The notes: a model not told the origin generated them from the letters alone. DNA of 64,000 nt from Candidatus Spongiisociaceae bacterium (GCA_965202665.1 OZ241841.1:2704542-2768541); one strand, 5' to 3'; positions 31,301 through 40,135 are shown, numbered from the stretch's first letter. Numbers and translations: made by a program.

Positions 31301-31584
31301 GCCAGACGGGCCCCGACCGCCAGCAAAGCCCGATCCGCAACCGACAGGAAAGCCGGGGCGCCGCGCCGGACGACCAGGGAACGCAGTTGGCGGGCGGCGA
31401 CGCGATTACGTTCCGGGCGGATGACCCGATCCACGAACCCCATTGTGAAAGCCGTCCCCTCCGCGTCGGACAGCAACCGGCGCAACCGGCCGGCCGCCGC
31501 CCGGTCCCGGCGGTTCCCTCCTGCGGCTGCCAGCCATTCCCCAACCAGGCCGACAGCCTCTTCGGTCAGGCTCTGGTCCGCCAT
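28330..31584 (-). CDS. putA: Bifunctional proline dehydrogenase / P5C dehydrogenase
   Basis: NINLLGEAVLGE, LDMEEY, RLVKGANL, SHNLFD, EMLQGM, RRLEEN; ALDH motifs PWNFP, AETSGKN, GQKCSA, ECFGP. Confidence 0.95.
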   Translation of the reverse strand: MADQSLTEEAVGLVGEWLAAAGGNRRDRAAAGRLRRLLSDAEGTAFTMGFVDRVIRPERNRVAARQLRSLVVRRGAPAFLSVADRALLAVGARLAPLAPWAVMPLARRRMRRLVGHLLAEAEPAALRRALAAPGQAGFARNINLLGEAVLGEEEADRRLEETVRLIGLPQVDYVSVKASAVVSQLNYWDWEGSRARVLGSMRLLLRRAAASRPPAFINLDMEEYHDLELTISAFKELLDEPEFLGTTAGIVLQAYLPDSSAALRELTEWAVRRREAGGAEIKIRLVKGANLAMERVEAAMRGWEQAPYPSKPEVDANYKRLVDYALRPERTRAVRIGIGSHNLFDLAWAHLLSRERGVADRVDFEMLQGMAPALSRVVKETASGGVLLYTPVVARETFDTAISYLFRRLEENSTEGNFLRALFNIAPDTAEFHRQAEAFRAAVRDREAVSEAPRRWRERPAPAAEARNRDAFVNEPDTDPALAGNREWADRVRTRDGGAVRTPAVGSAEELGAIAAAARRSSWGRTPPARRRETLHEMADLLARRRGDLISAMVGEGRKTFAEADPEVSEAIDFARYYGDRALELGPEDGAAFEPLEVITVVPPWNFPAAIPAGGTTAALAAGARVLLKPSRRTRRCAEIMAECAWEAGVPRDALAFLTLPRGEEGERASRRLVEESDGLILTGSEETARLFASWRPELRLFAETSGKNCMVVTEHADLDQAVADLVDSAFGHSGQKCSAASLAVCVGGVYRSERFRRQLRDAALSLAVGPAAEAATVMGPVIAPVGGKLEKAMTRLEPGEEWLVAPQRLDDEGSLWRPGIRWGVAPGSWFHLTECFGPALGVMYAPNLEAALEIQNSVSYGLTGGIHTLDPEEADFWLERAQVGNAYVNRGITGAIVQRQPFGGWKLSNVGPGAKAGGPNYVRQLGEWRPDGSAGWEAAPASDARWWEEHFSREHDPSGLFCESNVFRYRPLDGAAVRVGEGGREEEIERTLAAARRCGTPTAVSRASEESQSVFAARVGRLGAERVRMVGEEPEGELRRACREGNVHIIEAPVTPSGRVELAYYLKEQTVSRTLHRFGNLVG

Positions 31585-31585
31585 C

Positions 31586-32014
31586 TCATATTCCCACCTC
31601 GACCGACTCCACCGGGATGGACTCGGTTTCCAGAAATTCCAGAAATCGGTTGTAGGCCTCCGAGCGCATGCCGCCCAATCCCCGCTGGGTTCCGATCACC
31701 ACCAGAACCGGCTGGGCCTTCCGGGCGGAGTCGATCAACTCCTCCCCCACATCCCCTTCCCGCATCTCCACCGTTACCGGAATGTCCCCCGTTTCGGTGT
31801 CTTTGGCGGCCAACCCCACCATGGTGCGGATCAGCAAGCGGGTTTCGTCTTTGATGGCGTGCTTGAAGGCGGGGGAGGCTTCCTCGTAGGTGCGCCCGTT
31901 GAGAACATGCACCACCCGCAACTCCGCGTCGTGTTCTATGGCCCGCCACAACGATACGGCGTGCAACAGCCGGGAGTCGATGCGGGCCCCGGTGGCCACC
32001 ATCACCGTTTTCAA
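31586..32014 (-). CDS. Universal stress protein (USP) family
   Basis: MKTVMVATG..ELRVVHV..REGDVGEELI..LVVIG; TTG start overlapping the antiporter stop. Confidence 0.7.
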   Translation of the reverse strand: MKTVMVATGARIDSRLLHAVSLWRAIEHDAELRVVHVLNGRTYEEASPAFKHAIKDETRLLIRTMVGLAAKDTETGDIPVTVEMREGDVGEELIDSARKAQPVLVVIGTQRGLGGMRSEAYNRFLEFLETESIPVESVEVGI

Positions 32015-33672
32015 CTTTCCGCCTCCTCGTCTTCGGCGCGCCGCCCGGCCTCCTCCGCCGCTTGTTTGTGCTGATCCCGGATGCGGTTGCCGATGTATTC
32101 CAAGGCGGCCAGCCTCTCCGATATTTCAATCACCAGCTCCTGGGCGACTTCTTCGCTGACCAGCCCCCGCAACACGGCGTCCGCCATCTCGGAACGTCCG
32201 GCCCGCAACATGTCTTCCCGGGCTTTGAGCAGGGTGTCTATCTCCAGCCGGGGATTTTCGTGAAAATGCAACATCATGGAACGACGGTCTTCGGTCAGCT
32301 CCTCGTCGTACAGGCTGTCCATCACCTCCCAGGTTTCGGGGGTGATGACCTCTTCGCCGCTCAGTTTCTGCAGTTCCATGCGTCCCGCCCGGGCGGCCAG
32401 GAAGCGGCCTTGGAAGCGCATGTAGTCGATCAACACCGGGGAGGTGCCGGGTATTTTCGCCCAGTCGATGGCCCGTTTGATGGTGGTGCCCTGCACCAGC
32501 AAGGTGAACAGCACCGCTCCGAAGGTCATCGACATCAGAATTTCCGTGTCGTAGGCGGAGAAGTAAAACGGCAAAGACAGGGCCAAAGCCAGATTGACCG
32601 CCCCTTTCAGCCCCCCCCAATAAAGTATGTGCTGGAAGGACAGCGGCACCTTGTTGACGGCCGGAAGCAGGTTGTTGACGCCCATCATCCCGTATACGAT
32701 CAACATCCGCACCACGATCAGGCTCATAACCGCCACCAAGATCTGGGGTATGTGGCTGAGCATCAAGCTGATGTCCATTCGCACCCCCATCAGCAGGAAG
32801 ACGAAGGCGTTGATCACGTAAGCGGACATCTCCCAGAAGTTCTCCAGCGCGTAACGGGTGGTGGGGGAAGTGTTTTTTCGGCCCAGGTTGCCCACGATCA
32901 GCCCCGCCATGATCACCGAGGAAATCCCGTCCAAGCCCAGGTTGGTGGCCGCTATGTAGGAACCGAGGGCCAAAGCCAGGGTAATGATGGTTTCCAGCAG
33001 GTAGTTGTCCAGGAATTTGAGGACCAGGGTCACCGTCAGGTAGCCCAGTACCGCCCCCACCGCCAAACCGCCGATGAACACCACCAGAAACCGACCCACC
33101 GTGTTGGAGAAGGTGAGGCTGGCGGACCCCGCCACCGTCAGGCTGAACAGGACGATGCCGGTCCCGTTGTTGAACAGGCTTTCCCCCTCCACCAGGGTGG
33201 ACAGCCGCTTGTTGACTCCCAGTTCCCGGAAGCGGTCTATCACCGACACCGGGTCGGTGGAGGCGATTAGGGCCCCGAAGGCCAGGGCGGCTTGCCAGGG
33301 GATGTCCACGAAGGCCCGCACCAGCACCCCCACCAGGAAGGTGGTGAGGATGGTCCCCCCCACCGACAGGGAGAGAATTCTCCCCAGGTCCACCCGCAAC
33401 CGTTGCCAGGGAAGATGCATGGTGGCTTGAAAAACCAGCGGGGGGATGAGCACGCCCAGAATGAAGCCCTCCGACACCTCCACGTTGAGGACGGTGATGA
33501 AGGACAGTCCCAGCCCCACCAGCACCAAGGCGACGGTGTAGGCGATTTTCAGGTAGCGGGCCAAAAGGGCCACCAAGGTGGCGATGCACAGCAGGACCGC
33601 CAGCAAAGTTTCCGCCGCCAGAACGGTGTCGGCCTCAACCATGGCCTGCGCTGGACCTAAGTGAAACATCAT
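32011..33672 (-). CDS. CPA1/NhaP-family cation:proton antiporter
   Basis: IPPLVF, FGALIASTDPVSV, VEGESLFNNG, FWE..NAFVFLLMG, WGGLKGAV..ALAL, TLLVQGTT; start uncertain. Confidence 0.9.
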   Translation of the reverse strand: MMFHLGPAQAMVEADTVLAAETLLAVLLCIATLVALLARYLKIAYTVALVLVGLGLSFITVLNVEVSEGFILGVLIPPLVFQATMHLPWQRLRVDLGRILSLSVGGTILTTFLVGVLVRAFVDIPWQAALAFGALIASTDPVSVIDRFRELGVNKRLSTLVEGESLFNNGTGIVLFSLTVAGSASLTFSNTVGRFLVVFIGGLAVGAVLGYLTVTLVLKFLDNYLLETIITLALALGSYIAATNLGLDGISSVIMAGLIVGNLGRKNTSPTTRYALENFWEMSAYVINAFVFLLMGVRMDISLMLSHIPQILVAVMSLIVVRMLIVYGMMGVNNLLPAVNKVPLSFQHILYWGGLKGAVNLALALSLPFYFSAYDTEILMSMTFGAVLFTLLVQGTTIKRAIDWAKIPGTSPVLIDYMRFQGRFLAARAGRMELQKLSGEEVITPETWEVMDSLYDEELTEDRRSMMLHFHENPRLEIDTLLKAREDMLRAGRSEMADAVLRGLVSEEVAQELVIEISERLAALEYIGNRIRDQHKQAAEEAGRRAEDEEAES

Positions 33673-33786
33673 CCGTAAAGATACCAACCTCCCGGCGGCG
33701 GCGCGAACATTCCCGGGGTTGCCGATTTCCCAGGTCGGGGGCGGGGATGGTTGTATTCTGGGAGGGTCCGCGATCCGGGAGTTGGA

Positions 33787-34422
33787 ATGAACGAGGCGTC
33801 GCAGGTTATTTACGTTAATGGGGCCAAACACGATGTTGCCTGGACCTGGATACAGGACGTTGGGATGAACGAGGCGACGGTGGTGATTTTCGCCGGCTTG
33901 TTAGCCGCTTTGGCGTCGGTGGCCGCTTGGAAGGAGTCGGGCGGAGGCGCGCCCGCCGGGTTGCGGTGGAGCCCGACCGAGAGCTGGGTTACCACCAGCG
34001 CCGTTATCTTGGCCTGGGTGATGACCGCCTACGCGGACCCGGCGACCGGGGGTGATTCCCTGTCGGGCGGGCTTATCGGCGACAACGATCTGGACGGCTT
34101 TTTCGATCCGGGGACCTCCCGCGCTCCGCTGGTGTTCGGCTTGATTTTGGTGTTGTCCCCGCTTATACACCGGGGCCTGTCCGGCGGCGGCCGCTCCACC
34201 CGCCTGGGTTTCGGGATAACGGCCGGGGTGGTGGCATGGGCGGCTTTCAGCGTGATCATCATCAGTTCTTTTCGCATCGCCGGCCTAGTGGACGGCTACC
34301 CCCTGCTCCCCCGCCTGCTGCTGCTGGCCGCGCTGACCGCTGCCGTGCTGGGCGTCTTCATCAACACCGCCCGCTCCCTAGCCGCCGTCGCCTCCCCCGA
34401 CGCCCCCTGGACGCTCCCATGA
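33787..34422 (+). CDS. Hypothetical membrane protein (~5 TM)
   Basis: Several hydrophobic helices, GC-typical codon usage; alternative start at 33865. Confidence 0.6.
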   Translation: MNEASQVIYVNGAKHDVAWTWIQDVGMNEATVVIFAGLLAALASVAAWKESGGGAPAGLRWSPTESWVTTSAVILAWVMTAYADPATGGDSLSGGLIGDNDLDGFFDPGTSRAPLVFGLILVLSPLIHRGLSGGGRSTRLGFGITAGVVAWAAFSVIIISSFRIAGLVDGYPLLPRLLLLAALTAAVLGVFINTARSLAAVASPDAPWTLP

Positions 34423-34489
34423 CCATCGGTATTTTCACCGATATGCACGCCCGTCGCTACGCGGAAATGTACGGGCGGGAGGACGGAGA

Positions 34490-34759
34490 TTAGAAGGGAT
34501 TGGGGCCGGAGCCGAGGACGGTCATTTCCCGGCGGGGGGAGGTGCGGGCCCCTGGAATGAGCAACACCGGCGCCCGGAACAAGTCGGGGGCCTCCAGATC
34601 CACCGGCATCGTCTTGCCGTCCAAGGCCCCTCCCGCTCCCACTAACAGGGTTCCGCCCCAAGAATGACCGGGATGGTCGATCGGCCCCAGCGAAGCCTCC
34701 GCCACATCCAGAGTGTTCTGGTTGGAGTCGATCACTTTTACGTAACCCTGGTATGCCAT
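34490..34759 (-). CDS. Small hypothetical protein
   Basis: 89-aa ORF with globular composition (YQGYVKVID..SWGGTL..VLGSGPNPF) filling the gap between genes. Confidence 0.6.
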   Translation of the reverse strand: MAYQGYVKVIDSNQNTLDVAEASLGPIDHPGHSWGGTLLVGAGGALDGKTMPVDLEAPDLFRAPVLLIPGARTSPRREMTVLGSGPNPF

Positions 34760-34794
34760 TGTCCGTTTATGGTAGCCGCCGCAGGCGGGATATT

Positions 34795-35442
34795 ATGAAA
34801 ATTCGGATGAAGCCCGACCGCGCTCCCGTTTCCGTCAACCGCAACAGCCGGGACTGGAACCTCCTATATCAGGACGACGGCGACCCGGCCCCCTTCGATC
34901 GGCAATGGCTGGCCCGCGTAGAAGGGCTTCCGCCGGGACGGGCCTTGGATCTGGGATGCGGGGCGGGCGGCAACGCCATCGGCCTAGCTGAAATGGGATG
35001 GGAGGTCACCGCCTTGGACATGGCGGCCAACGCCATCGCCTCCGCCCGCCGCGCGGCCGTAGGGGCGGGGGCGGAGGTGGATTTCCGGGTGGCCGATATG
35101 AGCGTGTGGGAGACGGAGGCGGCCTACGACCTGACGCTCATCTCCTACGCCCTCCCCTCCCGGGGCCCGGTTCGTGACAAAGCCCTGTCCACGGCCCGCG
35201 ACTCGTTGGCCCCCGGCGGGAGGTTGATGATCGCCGAATGGGATGTCCGATACGCCTGGTGGGGTTCCCCCGATGATTACGCCACCCGCCGGGAACTGGA
35301 AGAAGCCTTGGCCGGACTGCAAGCCGCGGAAGTAGCCGCCGTTTCGGTAACGCGGGAGTTCAGCCCCGCCCACCGCCTCCCGGGCGCCCGCCGTCCCGGG
35401 CGGCGTCGGGCCTGGCACGCCGCCGCCCGCCGGTCCGGTTGA
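34795..35442 (+). CDS. Class I SAM-dependent methyltransferase (TehB-like)
   Basis: PPGRALDLGCGAGGNAIGLAEMGWEVTALD; LAPGGRL. Confidence 0.85.
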   Translation: MKIRMKPDRAPVSVNRNSRDWNLLYQDDGDPAPFDRQWLARVEGLPPGRALDLGCGAGGNAIGLAEMGWEVTALDMAANAIASARRAAVGAGAEVDFRVADMSVWETEAAYDLTLISYALPSRGPVRDKALSTARDSLAPGGRLMIAEWDVRYAWWGSPDDYATRRELEEALAGLQAAEVAAVSVTREFSPAHRLPGARRPGRRRAWHAAARRSG

Positions 35443-35453
35443 GCGGAGCGGAT

Positions 35454-36299
35454 TCAGCCGGGAATAAATTGCCGGTATTCGTCTAGGAGGGGGATTACCA
35501 CTTCGGCCGGGGCGGGCGGCAACCACACCCCCATGCGGTTGATTCCCATCTCCTCCCATTCCCCCCACCGTTCCGGGTCCGGTTTGCCGCCGAAGACCAT
35601 GATGTCGAAGGCGGACGGATCCCGGCCCGCCGCCCGCAAAACCTCGCGGAGGGACTCCACCTGTCCGCCCAGTTTGCGGCCGGGGAAAGGCAGCCAACCG
35701 TCGCAGAAGTCGGCCATGGCCGCGAAAGTTTTGGGCCCGGCCGAGCCGCCCATGTATATGGGGGGATGGGGTTGCTGCACCGGTTTGGGCCACGCCCAGC
35801 TCGGCTCCAAGGTCAGCATCTCCCCCTGATAGGAGGCCTCTTCTTGCGTCCATAGGGCTTTCATCAAACTGATCTGCTCGGCTACCAGCGCCCGGCGGTC
35901 GCCGTAGGCCACTCCGTGTTGGGCCATTTCCTCCTTGTTCCAGCCGTATCCAATTCCGAACTGGAAGCGGCCGCCGGAGATCACATCCAAGGTGGCGACT
36001 TCTTTGGCCAGCCAAATCGGGTCCCGCTGGGCCGCCAGGGTGATGCCGGTGCCCAAAATCAGATTGTCGGTCACCGCCGCCGCCGCCCCCAGCGCCACGA
36101 ACGAATCGAGGGTGCGCCAATACTCTTCGGGGAGCGGAGGGGCCCCGGCGCGTCCCCCCCATGGGCTGAGGCGGGAGGCGGGGATGTGGCTGTGTTCGGG
36201 AACCCACAGGGCCTCAAATCCCCTGCTTTCCAGTTCCTCCGCCAGCCGGGTGGGCTCGATGCCCTGATCGGTCAAAAAAATACAGGCGCCGATTTTCAT
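35454..36299 (-). CDS. LLM-class F420-dependent oxidoreductase
   Basis: GFEALWVPEHSHIP, RDPIWLAKEVATLD..SGGRF, WPKPVQQPHPP. Confidence 0.9.
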   Translation of the reverse strand: MKIGACIFLTDQGIEPTRLAEELESRGFEALWVPEHSHIPASRLSPWGGRAGAPPLPEEYWRTLDSFVALGAAAAVTDNLILGTGITLAAQRDPIWLAKEVATLDVISGGRFQFGIGYGWNKEEMAQHGVAYGDRRALVAEQISLMKALWTQEEASYQGEMLTLEPSWAWPKPVQQPHPPIYMGGSAGPKTFAAMADFCDGWLPFPGRKLGGQVESLREVLRAAGRDPSAFDIMVFGGKPDPERWGEWEEMGINRMGVWLPPAPAEVVIPLLDEYRQFIPG

Positions 36300-36340
36300 T
36301 TTTCTCCTTTGCGGCTCGGGACGGCCCTATCTTACCCCGG

Positions 36341-36480
36341 TTCCTGTTTTGCCGTTCTGCTAGGGATGATACGGTTTAATTTTGATATGGCGGATGTCGT
36401 GTTTGGAGAACAGGGAAGCGAACGCTCGGCTACGGGCGTATCTCCGGTGGCTGTCGGTCATGATCTCCATAATGTGTGGG
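36341..36480 (-). pseudogene. IS481 transposase fragment
   Basis: Diverged copy of ~18779-18920 (GCCGTTCTGCT.GGGATGATACGGT..GGATGTCGTGTT.GGAGA.CAGGGAAGCGAACGCTCGGCT). Confidence 0.8.
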
Positions 36481-36759
36481 TGATGCCTGCTGGCAACACT
36501 TCAAACGATGCGTCCAACGTCACCGCCTGCAAATCCCGGGCCTCGTCCGGGGCGCCGGAGCCGTCCACCGGAACCCGCCAACCAGTCAGCCCGGCCAAAC
36601 TGTCAATCATCGTTTCCGTCCCTTCTGACGAAGACCGACCATTATCCTGTTACCCGCCAAACCCGGCGATGCCATCAAAAACGGGGTATGCGATAGTTGA
36701 TAAGTATGAATAACCAGCCAACGCTCACCGTCCACCAGCAGGTCGTGAAGTTCCTTGAC

Positions 36760-37006
36760 CAGGTGCAACGGAACAGCAACCCAGCTCCTCCGCCGCCTCC
36801 GACACCGTCCGTCCCCGGCCTACCTACTGCGTCGCCCACCTAGCCGCCCGAGAAGTCAACCGGGTCCGCATTGGGGCTATCCGCGGGTCCTGCTCCGTAA
36901 ACGACCCCACCCCGCATCCTGCATCAGGATAACGCCACCGGCGTTTGGGCCCGCATCCCCAACCCCAAGTGAACGGACCATTCGTAGTCGGACGCTCTAT
37001 ACTCAC
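36760..37006 (-). pseudogene. ISL3 transposase N-terminal fragment
   Basis: KRRWRYPDAGCGVGSFTEQDPRIAP.RTRLTSRAARWATQ*VGRGRTVSEAAEELG, with an internal stop. Confidence 0.7.
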
Positions 37007-37088
37007 TATCGTCTAACCGACTGGGAGTTCATTCCTCGCATTACGATAAGATTGTCGCCGGTGAATACGGTGCGGTTTCTGACATTAA

Positions 37089-37391
37089 TCATTTTCGCTT
37101 CCTCGCTATACATCTTTCTAGTTGCCATAGCCCATAGAGTAAAGAGGAAATTACAGTGGTAAACCACACTCGTATTGGAATGGCTAATAGCACAGTATCC
37201 ACCGGAAAGAGTAAACTGCTTAATAGGGCCATTCCCCCAACGATGATACTAGGAGCATACCAAACCTTTGAAAACACAGAGGCGATAATCCCCGGAAGGG
37301 TCACATCTGGTGCAGGCAAAGTCAATGTTATATTCCTGGTATGGGTAGGAATTCGTGCCGTCCCGAATATATCTCGCCTTCTACTAGGCAT
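37089..37391 (-). CDS. Hypothetical 2-TM membrane protein (low GC)
   Basis: TAATG coupling with the upstream ORF; two hydrophobic segments and a basic tail. Confidence 0.55.
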   Translation of the reverse strand: MPSRRRDIFGTARIPTHTRNITLTLPAPDVTLPGIIASVFSKVWYAPSIIVGGMALLSSLLFPVDTVLLAIPIRVWFTTVISSLLYGLWQLERCIARKRK

Positions 37392-37633
37392 TACTTGCCT
37401 ACTAACAAATCTTGGAGATTAACCCAATTCACAGCACCTTTATCTGAAAAAGTAAGTATCTGGGAAGACTTGCCACCCACAGGACATACTGTCAACTGTA
37501 CCGGTTCCGGTATATCGCTCTGCATGATCAAAGTCAACAGTCCCTGTGGAGTACTGCTGTAATCCACGTTAATTTCAAAGTCATAGGATTTCTCTAGTGA
37601 AATCCTAACATTGTGAGTATCTGTAGCAATCAT
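37391..37633 (-). CDS. Hypothetical protein (low GC)
   Basis: GAAAGGA RBS; 80 aa; translationally coupled to the downstream ORF. Confidence 0.55.
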   Translation of the reverse strand: MIATDTHNVRISLEKSYDFEINVDYSSTPQGLLTLIMQSDIPEPVQLTVCPVGGKSSQILTFSDKGAVNWVNLQDLLVGK

Positions 37634-37826
37634 TTATCTCTGTCCTTTCATAGTAGTGGCTGTCCGGGGTAGACTCACTAAAGGCTAAGTAAAACCCCGT
37701 CCCGCCCGCCTAGCCGTTCAACCACCAGTCCGATCCGTCCTCTCATCGTTCCTTTCCCTTCTGCTCTGCGTGTGTTGCGTTCACCGCCGGTCGGCCGCTT
37801 TCTACTGCTCCTTTCTGCTATGCGCC

Positions 37827-37854
37827 ATTATACCATTTGTGATAACGACGTCAA
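37827..37854 (-). promoter_or_regulatory. Near-consensus sigma70 promoter driving the low-GC operon
   Basis: TTGACG-16 bp-TATAAT with an extended -10 TG. Confidence 0.65.
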
Positions 37855-38012
37855 ATCTGACCCGCTGGTTTGCGGTTACGTCTGCCCTACCTACTATACT
37901 AGGTTGTTGGAAATAGCACCTGTAAAGGTGAGAACCTGCGATAGTCCACTATCCGTATAGGGGAAGTGTCGGACAAGTAACCGGAGCAGGACCTGGCCGG
38001 ATAGGCGTTTAG

Positions 38013-38288
38013 TGGCCTTCGGATTTTAGGGGGGAGTGAGGTTGGGGAGTAGGTTCGGGTTGGGTTTTCCTGCGTAGAGGAGGATGCGGGTTCGGTAGTT
38101 GCGGAAGTTGCGGAATCCGAAGGCTACGCGTTTGACGCGTTTGATGGGGTTGTTGGCTGATTCGGTGGGTCCGTTGCTCACTTGGGCGTGATGCCAGGCC
38201 ACGATCTGGAAATGCCAGGCGGCCAGGGTGCGTCCTAGTTGGTTGATTTCCATAGCAACCCCTAACTCCCCCCTCAAACGGAAGAGCT
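38013..38288 (-). mobile_element. ISL3 remnant: transposase C-terminus with ISL3-like end sequences on both sides
   Basis: QLGRTLAAW..SNGPTESANNPIKRVKRVAFGFRNFRNYRTRILLYAGKPN; left end GGCCTTCGGATTTTAGGGGGGAGTGAGGTTG resembles the reverse complement of the right end GCTCTTCCGTTTGAGGGGGGAGTTAGGGGTTG. Confidence 0.75.
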
Positions 38289-38312
38289 GTTTATTCCGCC
38301 GGAGGGTTCGGC

Positions 38313-39074
38313 TCAGGAGACGACCAGCGGGCGGCGGGTGACGGGATGGGCGATTACCTCCATCCGACGTCCGTAGACCTCCGTCAGCAGGTCGGGCCGC
38401 AAAGTTTCCGAAGGAGTTCCGAGGGCCCGCATTTTCCCCTCGGCCATCACCCCCACTAGGTCGGCGTAGCCGGCGGCCAAATTAAGATCGTGCAACACGG
38501 CCACCGTCGCCCCGCCGCCCCGGGCGGCCCGTTGCGCCAGTTTCATCACCAGATGCTGATGCCTGACGTCCAAAGCGGCCGTCGGTTCGTCCAACAGCAA
38601 AACCGGGGCCTGTTGCGCCAACACCCGGGCGAACATGGCCATGGCCTGCTCCCCCGCCGACAGGGTGGGGAATCGGCGCTCGGCCAGCCTCGTTAATTCC
38701 GTATCGGCCAGGATCTGCTCCACTATCAGCCGATCTTCTGCGGAGCGGGTCCCGCCCCGATGGGGGAAACGGCCCAGGGCCGCCACTTCCCGCACCCGGA
38801 GCCCGAACTCCAGATTGAACCGTTGCGGCAGGGCCGCCCGCACCTGGGACAGCTCCGGGGGTTTGCGTCCCGCCAGCGGTCGGCCCGCAAGGTGGACGGA
38901 GCCAGCGGTGGGAGCCAGGTCGCCCGCCAATATTCGCATTAGCGTGGATTTGCCCGCTCCGTTGGGCCCCACCAGCGCCGTCAGCGAACCGGCCTCCGCC
39001 TTCAGGTCGATCCCGTCCAGAATCATCCGCCCGCCCATCCGGCGGCGCACCCCCTCGGCTCGGAGCAAGCTCAT
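38313..39074 (-). CDS. hmuV: Heme ABC transporter ATP-binding protein
   Basis: GPNGAGKST, LSAGEQ, ARVLAQ, LLLDEPTAALD, VLHDLNLAA, HPVT; ATGA overlap with the permease. Confidence 0.85.
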   Translation of the reverse strand: MSLLRAEGVRRRMGGRMILDGIDLKAEAGSLTALVGPNGAGKSTLMRILAGDLAPTAGSVHLAGRPLAGRKPPELSQVRAALPQRFNLEFGLRVREVAALGRFPHRGGTRSAEDRLIVEQILADTELTRLAERRFPTLSAGEQAMAMFARVLAQQAPVLLLDEPTAALDVRHQHLVMKLAQRAARGGGATVAVLHDLNLAAGYADLVGVMAEGKMRALGTPSETLRPDLLTEVYGRRMEVIAHPVTRRPLVVS

Positions 39075-40135
39075 CCCCAGCCTCCCTGGATACGGCGGGC
39101 GCGGACCAGCAACCACAGAAACAACGGGGCCCCCGCCAGGGAAGTCAAAACTCCCAGCGGGATTTCCGTTGGAGCGGCCGCGGTGCGGGCCGCCAAATCG
39201 AAGGCCAAGGTCAACCCGGCCCCGGCCAAAATAGAGGCGAAAACCAGCTTCCGGTTGCCCGGTCCCAGCGCCACGCGCATGGCGTGCGGGGCCAGCAATC
39301 CGATAAAGCCGATCACGCCGGCCGCGGCCACCGCCGCCCCGGTGAGCAAAGCCGCCGCCCCCATCACCGTCAGCCGAACCCGCCGAATGTCCACTCCCAG
39401 ATGATGCGCTTCCTCTTCTCCCAGAAGCAAGGCGTCCATCTCCCCGGCCCGGCCCGCCAAAACCGCCGCGCCGGGCAGAGTCAGCAACAAGGTCACCCCC
39501 GCCGTCTCCCAGGTGGCCGCGCCCAGGGTTCCCAGACTCCAGAAAGCCAACGATCCCAGACGGTCGGCATCGACGGTATTGACCAAAATTCCGATTACCG
39601 CCGCGCCCGCCGCGTTGACCGCCGCCCCGGCCAACAACAACGTCGCCGCTTCCACCCGCGACCCGGAGCGGGCGATGCGGTAGGCCAGCAACGCCGCCGC
39701 CATCCCCCCGGCGAAGCCCGCCAGCGGAGCGGCCAGCGGGGAAACACCTTCCCAGCCGACGGCGATGGCCGCGACCGCCCCGGTCGCCGCCCCCCAGGAA
39801 ACGCCGATCATCTGCGATTCGGCCAACGGGGTGCGGAACACCGCTTGCAATCCCGCCCCGGCCGCCGCCAAACCCCCGCCCACCGTTATTCCGAGCAGAA
39901 TGCGGGGGGCGCGAATGGACCATAAAACCGACTCTTGCGTCGCCGAAGCTTCCCCTCCGATGTCCCAGCCCGCCCGTTCCGCCAGCAAACCCAGCACTTG
40001 GCCGGGGCTGATGGACACCGCCCCCATTCCCAGGTTCAAAACCAGCAAAGCGGCCGCAACCGCAGCAAGACAGACGAAGACCAAACGGGATCTTCTCCGC
40101 CCGTCAGAGGGCGGGGGGCTCTCAGCCCCCATCAT
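39071..40135 (-). CDS. hmuU: FecCD-family heme/iron ABC permease
   Basis: IRAPRILLG..GAGLQAVFRTPLA, FWSLG, LGEEEAHHLGV, GVIGFIGL..PH, EIPLGVLT. Confidence 0.87.
   Translation of the reverse strand: MMGAESPPPSDGRRRSRLVFVCLAAVAAALLVLNLGMGAVSISPGQVLGLLAERAGWDIGGEASATQESVLWSIRAPRILLGITVGGGLAAAGAGLQAVFRTPLAESQMIGVSWGAATGAVAAIAVGWEGVSPLAAPLAGFAGGMAAALLAYRIARSGSRVEAATLLLAGAAVNAAGAAVIGILVNTVDADRLGSLAFWSLGTLGAATWETAGVTLLLTLPGAAVLAGRAGEMDALLLGEEEAHHLGVDIRRVRLTVMGAAALLTGAAVAAAGVIGFIGLLAPHAMRVALGPGNRKLVFASILAGAGLTLAFDLAARTAAAPTEIPLGVLTSLAGAPLFLWLLVRARRIQGGWG

Noticed and set aside
28438-31854. 1138-aa plus-strand ORF, and similar long ORFs such as 5066-6754, 57545-60067 and 60914-62401
   Set aside because: Antisense shadows of well-supported genes, expected in high-GC DNA; no motifs
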